Assembly (NCBI GenBank): GCA_964607485.1
Contig: CAZSKP010000001.1
Span: forward strand, 32,001-96,000
Origin: an uncultured bacterium
GTDB lineage: Bacteria > Abyssobacteria > SURF-5
Reading direction: 5' to 3'
Length of the DNA stretch: 64,000 bases
Below, piece after piece: positions 1-8,922 of this stretch. Position numbers and translations under genes: made by a program. How positions within the stretch are numbered: the stretch's first letter is position 1; every line of letters starts with the position of its first letter. Under the pieces are notes generated by a model. It saw only the letters and a program-made list of their open reading frames with translations, had not been told where the DNA came from and searched no databases.

Positions 1-1256
1 CCCCATGTGTTGAGCAATCGCTTGTCGCCCGTTCGGATGAACTCCATGATCTCGTGCTCGTAGAGATGCTTGTGGACCATGCCGCCGCCGTAGAAACTGA
101 CGTCCTCCCATTTGAACGGCTTGATGCGTCCCTCCTCCTTCAGCCGTTTGTAAAGCGGCGTGCCGGGGTAGGGGGTCACGCGCGTGAGCTGCGCGGCGGT
201 CGGTTCGCACGTGAGGAAGTATTGAAAATCTTCCTCCAGCGTTTCACGCGTGTGAAAATCGAAGCCGGCCATCCAACCGATCATCGTTGCGATGCCTCGC
301 GCATAGAGCTCATGCACAATCTTCTTCGCATCGCCCACTCGCTTGCCGTACCCCTGGTCGGGCGCGAACTTGGATTCCAGCCCGATGAACATGTTGCGGA
401 CGTTATTGTGGGCCATCTCGTCCAGGTCGTCGTATGTCGAGAGCGTATTGATGCTGATCAGGATGGTTATCATGAACTGGGAAAAGTCGATCTCCGGGTC
501 TTCGCGCATCAGGCGGCCGACTTCATTGATAAACTCTTTGTTCTGGTCTTCCTCGTAAATGATGATGTTCGTTCCCGGCGCGTGTTTCTGCCACATCTTG
601 ATTTCGTTCTTTATCTGTTCGGCTGTGACGAGAAGATGTCGCTTGCCGCCGAAATGAGTCGTCGTCGTGCAGAAATCGCATCCGCGATCGCATCCGACGG
701 CGGCGATGAGCGCGCTCGTGTCTCCGGGAGGCCATCGGTCCAGCCACGGCACGGAGCCGAACGCGCAGCGGGGGAGATAGTGCTGGCGCACGGGGGCGTT
801 CACGTCGTCGCCGAGATGTTCGCGAAACCACCGCACGCCGTCGCCCAGCACGATGTGATCGACGAGCTTTTTCCATTCCTCCTCGGGGTAATATGCGCCC
901 ACGCTCTGCGCGACGAAGCTGCCCAGGATGACCTCGCTCTTGGGTGAATGCCTGCGCGCCATGCGGCACATCTCCATCACGCTCTCGAGATTCGGGGTGA
1001 GCGAGGAAATGCCCACGCAATCGTAGCCCTTCTTGACCTCCTCGACCCAGTTCTCCATCGTCGGATGGTCCAGCACAACGCACGGAGCGGAGATGTTCTG
1101 CGCGATGATAAACGGCCCAACGAGATGCATGTGTGCCTCGACAGTGAAGATCCCCTGCCCTTTGAAAAATCGCTGGCGCATGATATCGGTCGGGGTATCA
1201 TGCCACGGTTGGATGGGATAAGGAGTGACGGGTGTGGAAAGCAGCACGCGCTTCAT
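1..1256 (-). CDS. B12-binding-domain radical SAM protein (3' end runs off the window)
   Basis: Absent from the ORF track because it has no stop inside the window. Manual translation from ATG 1256 gives MKRVLLSTPVTPYPIQPW...YDCVGISSLTPN...VILGSF...GCDRGCDFC (CxxxCxxC)...FIGLES...TPYPGTPLY. AGGAGG RBS at 1267-1272. Confidence 0.85.
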   Translation of the reverse strand, partial: MKRVLLSTPVTPYPIQPWHDTPTDIMRQRFFKGQGIFTVEAHMHLVGPFIIAQNISAPCVVLDHPTMENWVEEVKKGYDCVGISSLTPNLESVMEMCRMARRHSPKSEVILGSFVAQSVGAYYPEEEWKKLVDHIVLGDGVRWFREHLGDDVNAPVRQHYLPRCAFGSVPWLDRWPPGDTSALIAAVGCDRGCDFCTTTTHFGGKRHLLVTAEQIKNEIKMWQKHAPGTNIIIYEEDQNKEFINEVGRLMREDPEIDFSQFMITILISINTLSTYDDLDEMAHNNVRNMFIGLESKFAPDQGYGKRVGDAKKIVHELYARGIATMIGWMAGFDFHTRETLEEDFQYFLTCEPTAAQLTRVTPYPGTPLYKRLKEEGRIKPFKWEDVSFYGGGMVHKHLYEHEIMEFIRTGDKRLLNTW

Positions 1257-1497
1257 TCTGATGCATCCTCCTTGGGTCGCTGCAACCAGGTCCGATAAAT
1301 GAATGACGGTTCAGTCATACAAGACTATAACTCAAGCCCCAATTTGTCAAGCCCTCTCCGGCTGCGGCCGCGCAAGAACCTGGCAACGCACGGCCGTGAT
1401 GGTCGAGCAGCCAAACGTGATTGAGCTGCGGCGGCAGAAATGCACTTATCAAGCTTCACTCGCTCGACTCGACCGGGGCCGCGGGGGCTCAGTTGAC

Positions 1498-1544
1498 AAA
1501 AAAGGCGAGCAGATAAGCGCCCGTACAGCCGCCTATCTGCTCGC
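1498..1544 (-). terminator. Rho-independent terminator after the TSP3/NHL gene
   Basis: Stem GCGAGCAGATA.GCG / CGC.TATCTGCTCGC next to an A-run on + (U-run on -), about 30 nt after the stop at 1576. Confidence 0.7.
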
Positions 1545-1575
1545 ACAGATGAACCGCAACACGCTTCAGCAGAGC

Positions 1576-4260
1576 TTAGAACGTATCATTCTGCTCTACC
1601 ATGGTAATGATGTTTTGCGCGTAGGCAATGAGCATCGCCGCAACTTCCGAGGAGATCTTGTTCCCCGTTTGGGCGTTGACCTCGTTGATGAACGCGTTCA
1701 ACTGGCCTATCGCGGCATTATCCTTGTCCTTGTCAATCGACGTCTGCGCCGCCTGCACTTTTGAGTAGAGACTGGTCTTCGTTTCATCTGACAGGACATC
1801 ATCGGGGAGCGTACTGATGATGTCTGTCAACCCATCGATGCTATCGATGCAGCCGTTCGCGTCAGCGTCAAAGCCGGTTGCGTCTACGTCGGGACAGGTG
1901 TCAACGTTGCCGCAGACACCGTCGTGGTCGGCGTCATTGTAGGGGTCGAGCGGACAACTGTCGCACACATCGCCCAGTCCGTCGGTGTCGGAATCCGTTT
2001 GGTCGGCGTTCGACACTTCGACGCAGTTATCGCAGGCATCTCCGACGTTGTCGCCGTCGGCGTCCGCCTGGTCGGTGTTCGCGTTGACCGGGCAGTTGTC
2101 GGCGTTGCCGCAGATCGTGTCGCCATCGGCGTCGTTGTCTGCATCGAGCGGGCACGCATCGCATGCGTCGCCGATTGCGTCTCCATCGGCGTCGGCCTGG
2201 TCGGCGTTCGGTGTGACAGGGCAATTATCCACGTCGCCGCAGACGGCATCTGTATCTGCATCGTTGTCGGCGTCATTCGGACAACTGTCGCACACATCGC
2301 CCAGTCCGTCGGTGTCGGCGTCACTCTGGTCCGCATTGGAAACGGTCGGACAATTGTCCACGTCGCCGCAGACGGTGTCGGCGTCGATGTCGTTGTCTGC
2401 ATCGAGCGGGCACGCGTCATCGGCGTCGCATATCTCGTCGCCGTCGGAGTCTTGCACGCAGCCCTCGCAGACGTCGCCGACGCCATTGGCGTTTTCATCG
2501 AGCTGGTCGGGATTGTTCACATCGGGACAGTTGTCACATACGTCTCCAACGCCGTCACCGAGGGCGAACTTCTGGATGCGGCAATTGTTGACTTCGGTGA
2601 CGTAGACCAAGCCGGAACGGATCGCGATTCCGTAGGGGTTGAAGAACTGCCCTGCGCCTGTGCCGTAGCTTCCCCACTTGCCCAGGAAGTTTCCATCGGA
2701 GTCAAACATCTCAACGCGGTGATTCTGATAGTCGGTAACATACAGGTGGCCCATGGGATCGAAGGCGATGCCGGACGGGCCGTTGAACTGCCCGTCACCG
2801 GTGCCGAAACTTCCCCACTTGCCCAGGAAGTTTCCGTTCGTATCGAACTCCTGGACGCGGTGGATGTACGTGCCAGACCAATTGCCGCTGTCGCAGACAT
2901 ACACGACATCGGACGAATCGATGGCGATTCCCCTTGGCGAGCCGAATTCGCCGTCACCGGAGCCGTAGGTTCCCCACGAAATTCCCGCGAAGTTGCCGTT
3001 GGCGTCGAACTTCAGAACCCGCCGATTGCCTGCCTCCAGAACGTACCCATTGCCGGAGGAGTCGAAAGCGATTCCCACGGCGCTCCAGATTCCGGCGACG
3101 CCGTACGACGGCGGGGGAGGAAGCGGAGGGGAGGTGGCGGCGGGCCACTTCGTGACGAAACCGCCGTTGCTGTTGAATACCTTGATTTGATTGGAGTCGG
3201 TCACATATATGTTGCCGTCGGGACCGATCGCGATACCCTTCGGATCGCGGAACTGATCATTGGCGGTGCCGTAGCTTCCCCACTGCGTCAGGAGATTCCC
3301 GTTGGCGTCGAACTTCTGGACCCGATAATTCTGCCAATCGGTCGCGTACACGGAGCCGGACTCATCGACTGCGACGCCGTGAGGGAACATGAATTGGCCG
3401 GGGTTGGTTCCCCTGCTCCCCCAGTACAGCTTAGGCGCGAGACCCGGATCCGATTCAGTCTGATCCGGATTCGAGATACCTGGACAATTGTCGCAGACGT
3501 CGCCCAGCCCATCGGCGTCGGCGTCGGCCTGCGACGCATTGGGTGTGGTCGGGCAATTATCCGCCGCGTCGGGGACGCCGTCGCCGTCGGCGTCTGGTTC
3601 CACATAGTCATATGTCAATATCGTGTCGTCGACCAGATGCCACTGTCCGGCGCCCGATTCCACCTGGATGGGCTGAACGGAGAAGGCCGAAGTTCCCGCA
3701 TAAACGGTGTCGATATAGAAGTCGATCCCGGTTGGCGTCTGTTTTATTTCAAAGAGATGCCAGCCGAGCGACCTGGCAATGGTTGTTACAAAATGCGTCC
3801 AGGAGCCCGTGTTGTTGTTTCGGCCGAAGACCGTATAGAAATCCTCGCTCAGGGCTGATTTGCCGATGCCGACGTAATGGTTGGAAGTCTCCTCGACGTT
3901 CATTGAAAACCATCCGCCGACGGTCATATTGTCGTACATCCACGTGCTGAGGACATAATTCTGCCCATCCCAATCGGCGATGCCGGTGGTGTACGTCATA
4001 TAGGTTGCCGACATCGAGCCGCCGTCGTGATAGTACCAATCTCTCCACATGGAGTATGAACCGCTCACCTTATCGTCCGCGTATTGCCCATACGCGGTGT
4101 AATAGGAAAACGCCCAGTTGCTCCAGTCATTATCCTCGTAATCATCGATGATAATTGTTTTTGATGCCGCAAAGGCGGCCGGCGTCCCCCACTGGAATAC
4201 AAAAAACAGAGACAAGACAAAGATGATGATCTTACTGCACGTTGCTACTTGCTTCTTCAT
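1576..4260 (-). CDS. Secreted/surface protein: thrombospondin type-3-like Ca-binding repeats, NHL beta-propeller, C-terminal FIMAH-like helical domain
   Basis: Signal peptide ending AFA-A; many DxDxDGxGDxCDNCP units; six NHL units (GQFxxPxGIAxD...VYVTD..N.RVQKFD); C-terminal AIGQLNAFINEVNAQTGNKI; GGAG RBS. Confidence 0.85.
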   Translation of the reverse strand: MKKQVATCSKIIIFVLSLFFVFQWGTPAAFAASKTIIIDDYEDNDWSNWAFSYYTAYGQYADDKVSGSYSMWRDWYYHDGGSMSATYMTYTTGIADWDGQNYVLSTWMYDNMTVGGWFSMNVEETSNHYVGIGKSALSEDFYTVFGRNNNTGSWTHFVTTIARSLGWHLFEIKQTPTGIDFYIDTVYAGTSAFSVQPIQVESGAGQWHLVDDTILTYDYVEPDADGDGVPDAADNCPTTPNASQADADADGLGDVCDNCPGISNPDQTESDPGLAPKLYWGSRGTNPGQFMFPHGVAVDESGSVYATDWQNYRVQKFDANGNLLTQWGSYGTANDQFRDPKGIAIGPDGNIYVTDSNQIKVFNSNGGFVTKWPAATSPPLPPPPSYGVAGIWSAVGIAFDSSGNGYVLEAGNRRVLKFDANGNFAGISWGTYGSGDGEFGSPRGIAIDSSDVVYVCDSGNWSGTYIHRVQEFDTNGNFLGKWGSFGTGDGQFNGPSGIAFDPMGHLYVTDYQNHRVEMFDSDGNFLGKWGSYGTGAGQFFNPYGIAIRSGLVYVTEVNNCRIQKFALGDGVGDVCDNCPDVNNPDQLDENANGVGDVCEGCVQDSDGDEICDADDACPLDADNDIDADTVCGDVDNCPTVSNADQSDADTDGLGDVCDSCPNDADNDADTDAVCGDVDNCPVTPNADQADADGDAIGDACDACPLDADNDADGDTICGNADNCPVNANTDQADADGDNVGDACDNCVEVSNADQTDSDTDGLGDVCDSCPLDPYNDADHDGVCGNVDTCPDVDATGFDADANGCIDSIDGLTDIISTLPDDVLSDETKTSLYSKVQAAQTSIDKDKDNAAIGQLNAFINEVNAQTGNKISSEVAAMLIAYAQNIITMVEQNDTF
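1885..2560 (-). repeat. Coding tandem repeats (TSP3-like, alternating long and short DxDxD-C units)
   Basis: Recurrent DNA such as ACAACTGTCGCACACATCGCCCAGTCCGTCGGTGTCGG at about 1954 and 2281; protein units NADQxDxDxDGxGDxCDxCP and DADNDADxDTxCG. Confidence 0.85.
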
Positions 4261-4351
4261 GACATGCTCCCTCCTTCAAATGATTCCTGTGACAACCACT
4301 CCCGCACCCGGCGCGGGATAATACCCTCAGCTTCTCGACGGCTCTCTATGC

Positions 4352-4849
4352 TTATGCTCGGTCGTTTTTCGGGATTGTCCCCAGTCTGTCCTTGACGTTC
4401 TGAAGCGTGGTCGTTTCCAGGTATGTGATAAGTGACTGCCGAGTCTTCTTCCACAGGTCGTGCATCGGGCATATGAGGTTGAACCCGCACATCGGAGTCG
4501 GGAGCGTACAGACGTCGCAGCAGAGGGAGCCCCCATCTTTCAATTGAGCCTGACATCTCAATCCCATGGGGCATTCGGCAAAGGCGTATTGTCCGTCGAC
4601 GGCGAACACGATATCCAGGAGCGAAACCTCCGAGGGTTTGCGTATAAGCGCATAGCCCCCACGGGGGCCAGGCACTCCTCTGAGAATTCCGGCCTTGGTC
4701 ATTTCCTGAAGCGCCTTACGGGCATAGGCCTCGGGAATTCCGGCTTTTTCACAGGTGCGCTTTACGCTGAAGGTTGGGAGGGGGCCAGTTTCAAGTGCGC
4801 TCACTACCGTGCGGATGGCGTACTGGCTGGCTTTTGAGAATAGTCTCAT
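4352..4849 (-). CDS. Rrf2-family transcriptional regulator (Cys-rich)
   Basis: MRLFSKASQYAIR...GPRGGYALIRKPSEVSLLDIVFAVDG winged-helix signature; Cys cluster ending CPMHDLW; start taken at ATG 4849. Confidence 0.9.
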   Translation of the reverse strand: MRLFSKASQYAIRTVVSALETGPLPTFSVKRTCEKAGIPEAYARKALQEMTKAGILRGVPGPRGGYALIRKPSEVSLLDIVFAVDGQYAFAECPMGLRCQAQLKDGGSLCCDVCTLPTPMCGFNLICPMHDLWKKTRQSLITYLETTTLQNVKDRLGTIPKNDRA

Positions 4850-4882
4850 GTGGAGAATCCCGCGCCAGAGAATAACCCACAA

Positions 4883-4904
4883 ATCTGGATATTTGTATCC
4901 AGAT
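4883..4904. promoter_or_regulatory. Palindromic operator, probably the Rrf2 autoregulatory site
   Basis: Perfect inverted repeat ATCTGGATA-TTTG-TATCCAGAT between the -10 box and the rrf2 start. Confidence 0.65.
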
Positions 4905-4912
4905 AGGCGGAA

Positions 4913-4940
4913 TCATACCACAGCCTATCACTCAAGTCAA
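4913..4940 (-). promoter_or_regulatory. sigma70-type promoter of rrf2
   Basis: On - strand TTGACT-N17-TATGAT with an extended TGn before the -10 box. Confidence 0.65.
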
Positions 4941-5208
4941 GGCTATTTTCGCTTGTGGTTCTTCAGCAAGAGAGAACACCGAGGCTGATTGGCTGTGTAA
5001 GCTCCCTTCTGCAAGACGTTGACGCTACTCTATTCTTGCAATTAGCTGCGGTCTCGTGCGGCTGAGCAGCGGGGTCCTCTCACTGACCCACGGCAGCGCA
5101 CCCGCGCCTCCAAGCCGGCGGGAATCATGCGGCCTGTCCCGGTCGCCAAGATGGAAAGGACCGGCCCGGACAAACGAACCCTAACTGGCGAAGACCAGTC
5201 TCCCCCCC

Positions 5209-5246
5209 TGTCAGCTTTCTTTATAGCCTTGTAAAGAATCCTGTCG
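5209..5246. promoter_or_regulatory. Enhancer-like (UAS) inverted repeat, copy 1
   Basis: TGTCAGCTTTCTTTATA-gcct-TGTAAAGAATCCTGTCG; matches the copies at 21642 and 30659; about 83 bp upstream of a sigma54 site. Confidence 0.7.
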
Positions 5247-5327
5247 GCAGGCCGCTTCACTGTATCGGTCAGCGTGAAAAGCAGTGTATTTATTGGGCAT
5301 TAACGTTCGTTCGACCGTGTTTTTCCG

Positions 5328-5343
5328 TGGCATGTTATTTGCT
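5328..5343 (+). promoter_or_regulatory. sigma54 (-24/-12) promoter of the diguanylate cyclase gene
   Basis: TGGCATGTTATTTGCT = GG-N10-GC consensus. Confidence 0.8.
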
Positions 5344-5447
5344 CATATTCTGGGAGCAAAGGGCCGTGAGAAGGACTCGATGTGCAGCGGATGCGGCATG
5401 GCCCACAGGCAGGCACATAGGGGGGGTGGATTGTCGGAACGTTCTCC

Positions 5448-6611
5448 ATGGCTGTGGAGTTTGCGACAGGCGTATCGCTGCACCTGGAGAAACGCATGAA
5501 CCGAATCGTAGAAGACAACCTGCGTCCCGGCGATGACCCCGGGATGCCATCGTACGAACAGCTCCATTTACCCAAGATGGAAACAGCGAGCGGCTTATCG
5601 CCAGACGACATTGCCGAAGGGCGCGGTTCGAAGGGTATCCACGGAGAGGGCAACGTGTATCGGTCCTTCAACTTTGCCCAATTTCTCATTTACAACAACA
5701 GCCGCACGCTGCGGGCGCTCGCGATTGACGGGAACGATGCTGAGCGTTCCCTCATCGCCGACACGCTCGCCGGCTGCGGTGCGGAGGTGAGCTTTGCAGG
5801 AGACGGTGTCGAGGCGGCTCAAAAAATGCGGCAAGCGCATTTCGACATGGTCTTCGCGGAGCGCCACGTGGTCGCAAAGGATAAGTTCAGGCTGATTTCT
5901 CTCGCAAGGGAGACATCTCCCGATACCGAGATATTCGTGGTGTGTAAATACGAGGAAATGAGCAACGCCGTGGAGTGCACGAGAAGAGGAGCCGAAGGAC
6001 TCATCATCAAGCCGGACGTTAAGGAGCAGGTCGCCGTGGCCGCAGGCAAGACAAGGGAGCGAAAAGACCTGAGACTGCTGGCATATACTGACGGACTGAC
6101 CTCGCTGTTCAACCGCAGCACTTTCGAATATTTTCTCCTGCAGGAATGCCATCGAAGCACCCGCCACGGACATTCCTTTGCGTTGATGATGCTGGACATC
6201 GACGATTTCAAACAGTACAACGATATGAACGGCCATCTGGTCGGCGACATCGCCCTGATCAAGCTGGGAAGGCTGCTGAGACAGTGCACGCGCGCCTCGG
6301 ACATCCCCGCCCGTTACGGCGGGGATGAATTTGCGGTTATCCTGACGGAAATCACCCGCTCCGAAGCGTTGCACAGAGCGACTCGCTTGAACCGGACCGT
6401 TTTTCTCACGCCGTTCCAGTATGAGAAGAACATGGGCGCCAAGAAACTGACGGCAAGCGTCGGGCTGGCGCTGTACCCGGAGCATGGGAAAGACCATCAC
6501 GAGATCGTCGCAAGCGCGGACCGCGCCCTCTACCGGGCGAAGGCCGAGGGAAAGAACCGGGTTTGCGTCTTTGACAAATCAGACAAGCCGGCCGGGTCGG
6601 GCCGCTGGTGA
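5448..6611 (+). CDS. Diguanylate cyclase with degenerate receiver domain
   Basis: DGLTSLFNR, DIDDFKQYNDMNGH, RASD I-site and intact GGDEF; upstream REC-like fold. Start uncertain (5448 or 5496). Confidence 0.9.
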   Translation: MAVEFATGVSLHLEKRMNRIVEDNLRPGDDPGMPSYEQLHLPKMETASGLSPDDIAEGRGSKGIHGEGNVYRSFNFAQFLIYNNSRTLRALAIDGNDAERSLIADTLAGCGAEVSFAGDGVEAAQKMRQAHFDMVFAERHVVAKDKFRLISLARETSPDTEIFVVCKYEEMSNAVECTRRGAEGLIIKPDVKEQVAVAAGKTRERKDLRLLAYTDGLTSLFNRSTFEYFLLQECHRSTRHGHSFALMMLDIDDFKQYNDMNGHLVGDIALIKLGRLLRQCTRASDIPARYGGDEFAVILTEITRSEALHRATRLNRTVFLTPFQYEKNMGAKKLTASVGLALYPEHGKDHHEIVASADRALYRAKAEGKNRVCVFDKSDKPAGSGRW

Positions 6612-6616
6612 TCGTT

Positions 6617-7684
6617 TCACAAACCGCGCGAGGAACTTGTGACCGGGCACATCGAGGCGCGGCCGCCGGGACCGCGGCCGGGCCGTCGGCCGATGGATTG
6701 AATCCGTTGGCGCAAGCCTGAGTGGGATTCGGATCCCGTCTCCCTGATGCACACCTTGCCCGGATAGACCTCATACTTCGCGCGATAGCTGAGCGGCGTC
6801 ATGTTTGGCATGATGACGTTGGCTCCCCGCCCGAGGCCGAGCTCGCGTCCGACGGCGGAGTTGACCGTCGCCAACGCCGTCGTGGCGGGGATGTTGGCTT
6901 CGGGACAGACGATGCGCGTGAGCGCGATCACCTTGTACGTCATCTCTTCCGTGTTGGGCGCCTGTTCGTTCTCAGGGATGGGCCGTCGCCATTCACCCGA
7001 GCCGACGGGCGTATCCGGGTGGGGAATGTAGGGGCCCACTCCGACCATGTCGAGGTCGAGCTTCCGGAAGAGGTCGATGTCGTCGGCGAGGCCGGCAAAC
7101 GTCTGTCCGGGGATGCCGATCATGACACCGCCTCCGATTTCGTAGCCCATCTCCCTTAGTCTTAGCAACGCAGCCAGGCGGTCCGACACCCTTCCCGGAA
7201 GCGACGGATGGATTAACCGATAGAGGTCGGGGTCGGAGGTCTCAAACCGGAGAAGGTACCTGTCGGCCCCGGCCCGCCGCCAGGCCTGCAGGTCTTTGTC
7301 GGGACGCTCTCCCATGCTCAGCGTGACGGCCAGCCGGGTCTCGGCCTTTATGCGGCGAATGACGGCGGCAAGCCAACCGGTTCCGATACCGTAGTCTTCG
7401 CCCGACTGGAGGACGACCGTGCCGTAGCCGTATCCCACGGCTGCACGGACGCACGTCATGATCTCGCCCTCTGTCATTCGGTAGCGTTCGACCTTCTTGT
7501 TGTCACGCCGCAGGCCGCAATAGCCGCACTGCCGCACACAGTGGTTGGAGATCTCAATCAGGCCGCGCAGGTGCACCTCGTCGCCGACGGTTTCGCGCCT
7601 CACCCCGTCGGCCCAGCGCCAGAGCTGCGCAAGGCGTTCTTCGTCCTCTTCCCGCAGCCATGCGAGTATTTCGCTCCGGTTCAT
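6617..7684 (-). CDS. hydE: [FeFe]-hydrogenase maturase HydE (radical SAM)
   Basis: LRGLIEISNHCVRQCGYCGLR, ADRYLLRFET, NIPATTALAT, GANVIMPN, YEVYPGK; ATG at 7684 overlaps the hydF stop (ATGA). Confidence 0.93.
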   Translation of the reverse strand: MNRSEILAWLREEDEERLAQLWRWADGVRRETVGDEVHLRGLIEISNHCVRQCGYCGLRRDNKKVERYRMTEGEIMTCVRAAVGYGYGTVVLQSGEDYGIGTGWLAAVIRRIKAETRLAVTLSMGERPDKDLQAWRRAGADRYLLRFETSDPDLYRLIHPSLPGRVSDRLAALLRLREMGYEIGGGVMIGIPGQTFAGLADDIDLFRKLDLDMVGVGPYIPHPDTPVGSGEWRRPIPENEQAPNTEEMTYKVIALTRIVCPEANIPATTALATVNSAVGRELGLGRGANVIMPNMTPLSYRAKYEVYPGKVCIRETGSESHSGLRQRIQSIGRRPGRGPGGRASMCPVTSSSRGL

Positions 7685-8922
7685 TGTTGCTGCCTTTTCA
7701 CTTCCCGATACACTTCCAGCGCGGCCGGGAACGGATCGAGCGCGCGCTCGAGGATGCCGAGTGAGTAGGCTATCGCCAGTCCATAATTGGTTATCGGCGC
7801 CTTCGCCTGGCGGCATCGCAGCAGCCGCGTCAGCATCTCGCGCCGGTTCAGCATGCAGGCGCCGCAGTGGACGATGAGATTGTAGCGCGAGATGTCGTCG
7901 GGGAAGTCGTGTCCCTGAATGGTGTCGAACTCCAGTTTTCCGCCCACGTATTGAGTCAGCCAGCGGGGAATTTTCACGCGGCCGATGTCCTCGGCTATCG
8001 GATGATGCGAGCATGCCTCGCAAATCAATATGCGGTCTCCCGGCTTCAGTCGTTCGACGGCCAATGTCCCCATAACCTGTTGTACAAGGTCGCCCTTGAA
8101 ACGTGCGTAGAGAATCGAGAACGAAGTCAACTTGATTTCGCGCGGGGTGTCGGCGGCCACTTTCAGAAACACCTGTGAATCGGTCACCACGAGTTTTGGG
8201 GGACGCTTCTGTCGTTCCAGCGCGTCGCGCAGCTCGCGCTCCTTGACAACCATGCAATAGGCGTCGCTATCCAGCAGGTCGCGGATTGCCTGAACCTGAG
8301 GCAGAATCAGCCGTCCTTTTGGCGCCTCCTTGTCAATGGGAACCACAAGCACCGCCATCTCTCCCGCGCCAACCAGGTCACCGAGGATTATCGGGTTGTT
8401 GATAAATTCCGCAGGAGCCGTATCGAGCAACGCCCGACGAAAATCCAGTATTCCCATGTTCAGAGTGGCAGCGGTTCTTACGACGGGGATTTTCCGCGAT
8501 TGCAGCCGTTCAACGACTCCGCCGTTCGGCTGAGCGAGGTCAATCTTGTTAAGGACCACTATGCTCGGGATTTTCTGGTTGGCGAGCTCATCCAGCAGTC
8601 GTTCCTCGAAGGTTCCCCATTTGCGGGCCTCGCACACGACGACGCCGAGGTCTGTACGGTCAAACACCTGGCGCGTTCTCTTGACACGAAGCTCGCCGAG
8701 TGCGCCTTCGTCGTCTATTCCCGCGGTGTCGATGAACAGCACAGGCCCCAGCGGCAGAAGCTCCATAGGTTTCTCGACCGGGTCGGTCGTGGTGCCCGCC
8801 TGCTCGGACACAATGGAGACCTGCTGTCGCGTTATCGCGTTGAGCAGGCTCGACTTTCCGACGTTGCGGCGGCCAAACAGCCCGATGTGGAGTCGGAGTC
8901 CTTTTGGAGCGCGTTCACCCAT
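7681..8922 (-). CDS. hydF: [FeFe]-hydrogenase maturation GTPase HydF
   Basis: GRRNVGKSS, GTTTDPV, DTAG, NKID, APKGRLILPQVQ, EACSHH...HCGAC Fe-S motif. Confidence 0.96.
   Translation of the reverse strand: MGERAPKGLRLHIGLFGRRNVGKSSLLNAITRQQVSIVSEQAGTTTDPVEKPMELLPLGPVLFIDTAGIDDEGALGELRVKRTRQVFDRTDLGVVVCEARKWGTFEERLLDELANQKIPSIVVLNKIDLAQPNGGVVERLQSRKIPVVRTAATLNMGILDFRRALLDTAPAEFINNPIILGDLVGAGEMAVLVVPIDKEAPKGRLILPQVQAIRDLLDSDAYCMVVKERELRDALERQKRPPKLVVTDSQVFLKVAADTPREIKLTSFSILYARFKGDLVQQVMGTLAVERLKPGDRILICEACSHHPIAEDIGRVKIPRWLTQYVGGKLEFDTIQGHDFPDDISRYNLIVHCGACMLNRREMLTRLLRCRQAKAPITNYGLAIAYSLGILERALDPFPAALEVYREVKRQQQ

Noticed and set aside
54-1298. Plus-strand ORFs 54-947 and 948-1298
   Set aside because: They are antisense shadows of the minus-strand radical SAM gene, which has clear motifs and an RBS.
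1885-2560. Repeated DNA units as a possible CRISPR array or DGR template/variable repeat
   Set aside because: The repeats are in-frame, degenerate at codon third positions and lack unique spacers; no cas or reverse transcriptase gene is present. They are coding TSP3 repeats.
7685-8257. N-terminal 191 aa of the 546-aa ORF as part of HydE
   Set aside because: It overlaps hydF in another frame; the real start is the ATG at 7684, coupled to the hydF stop.
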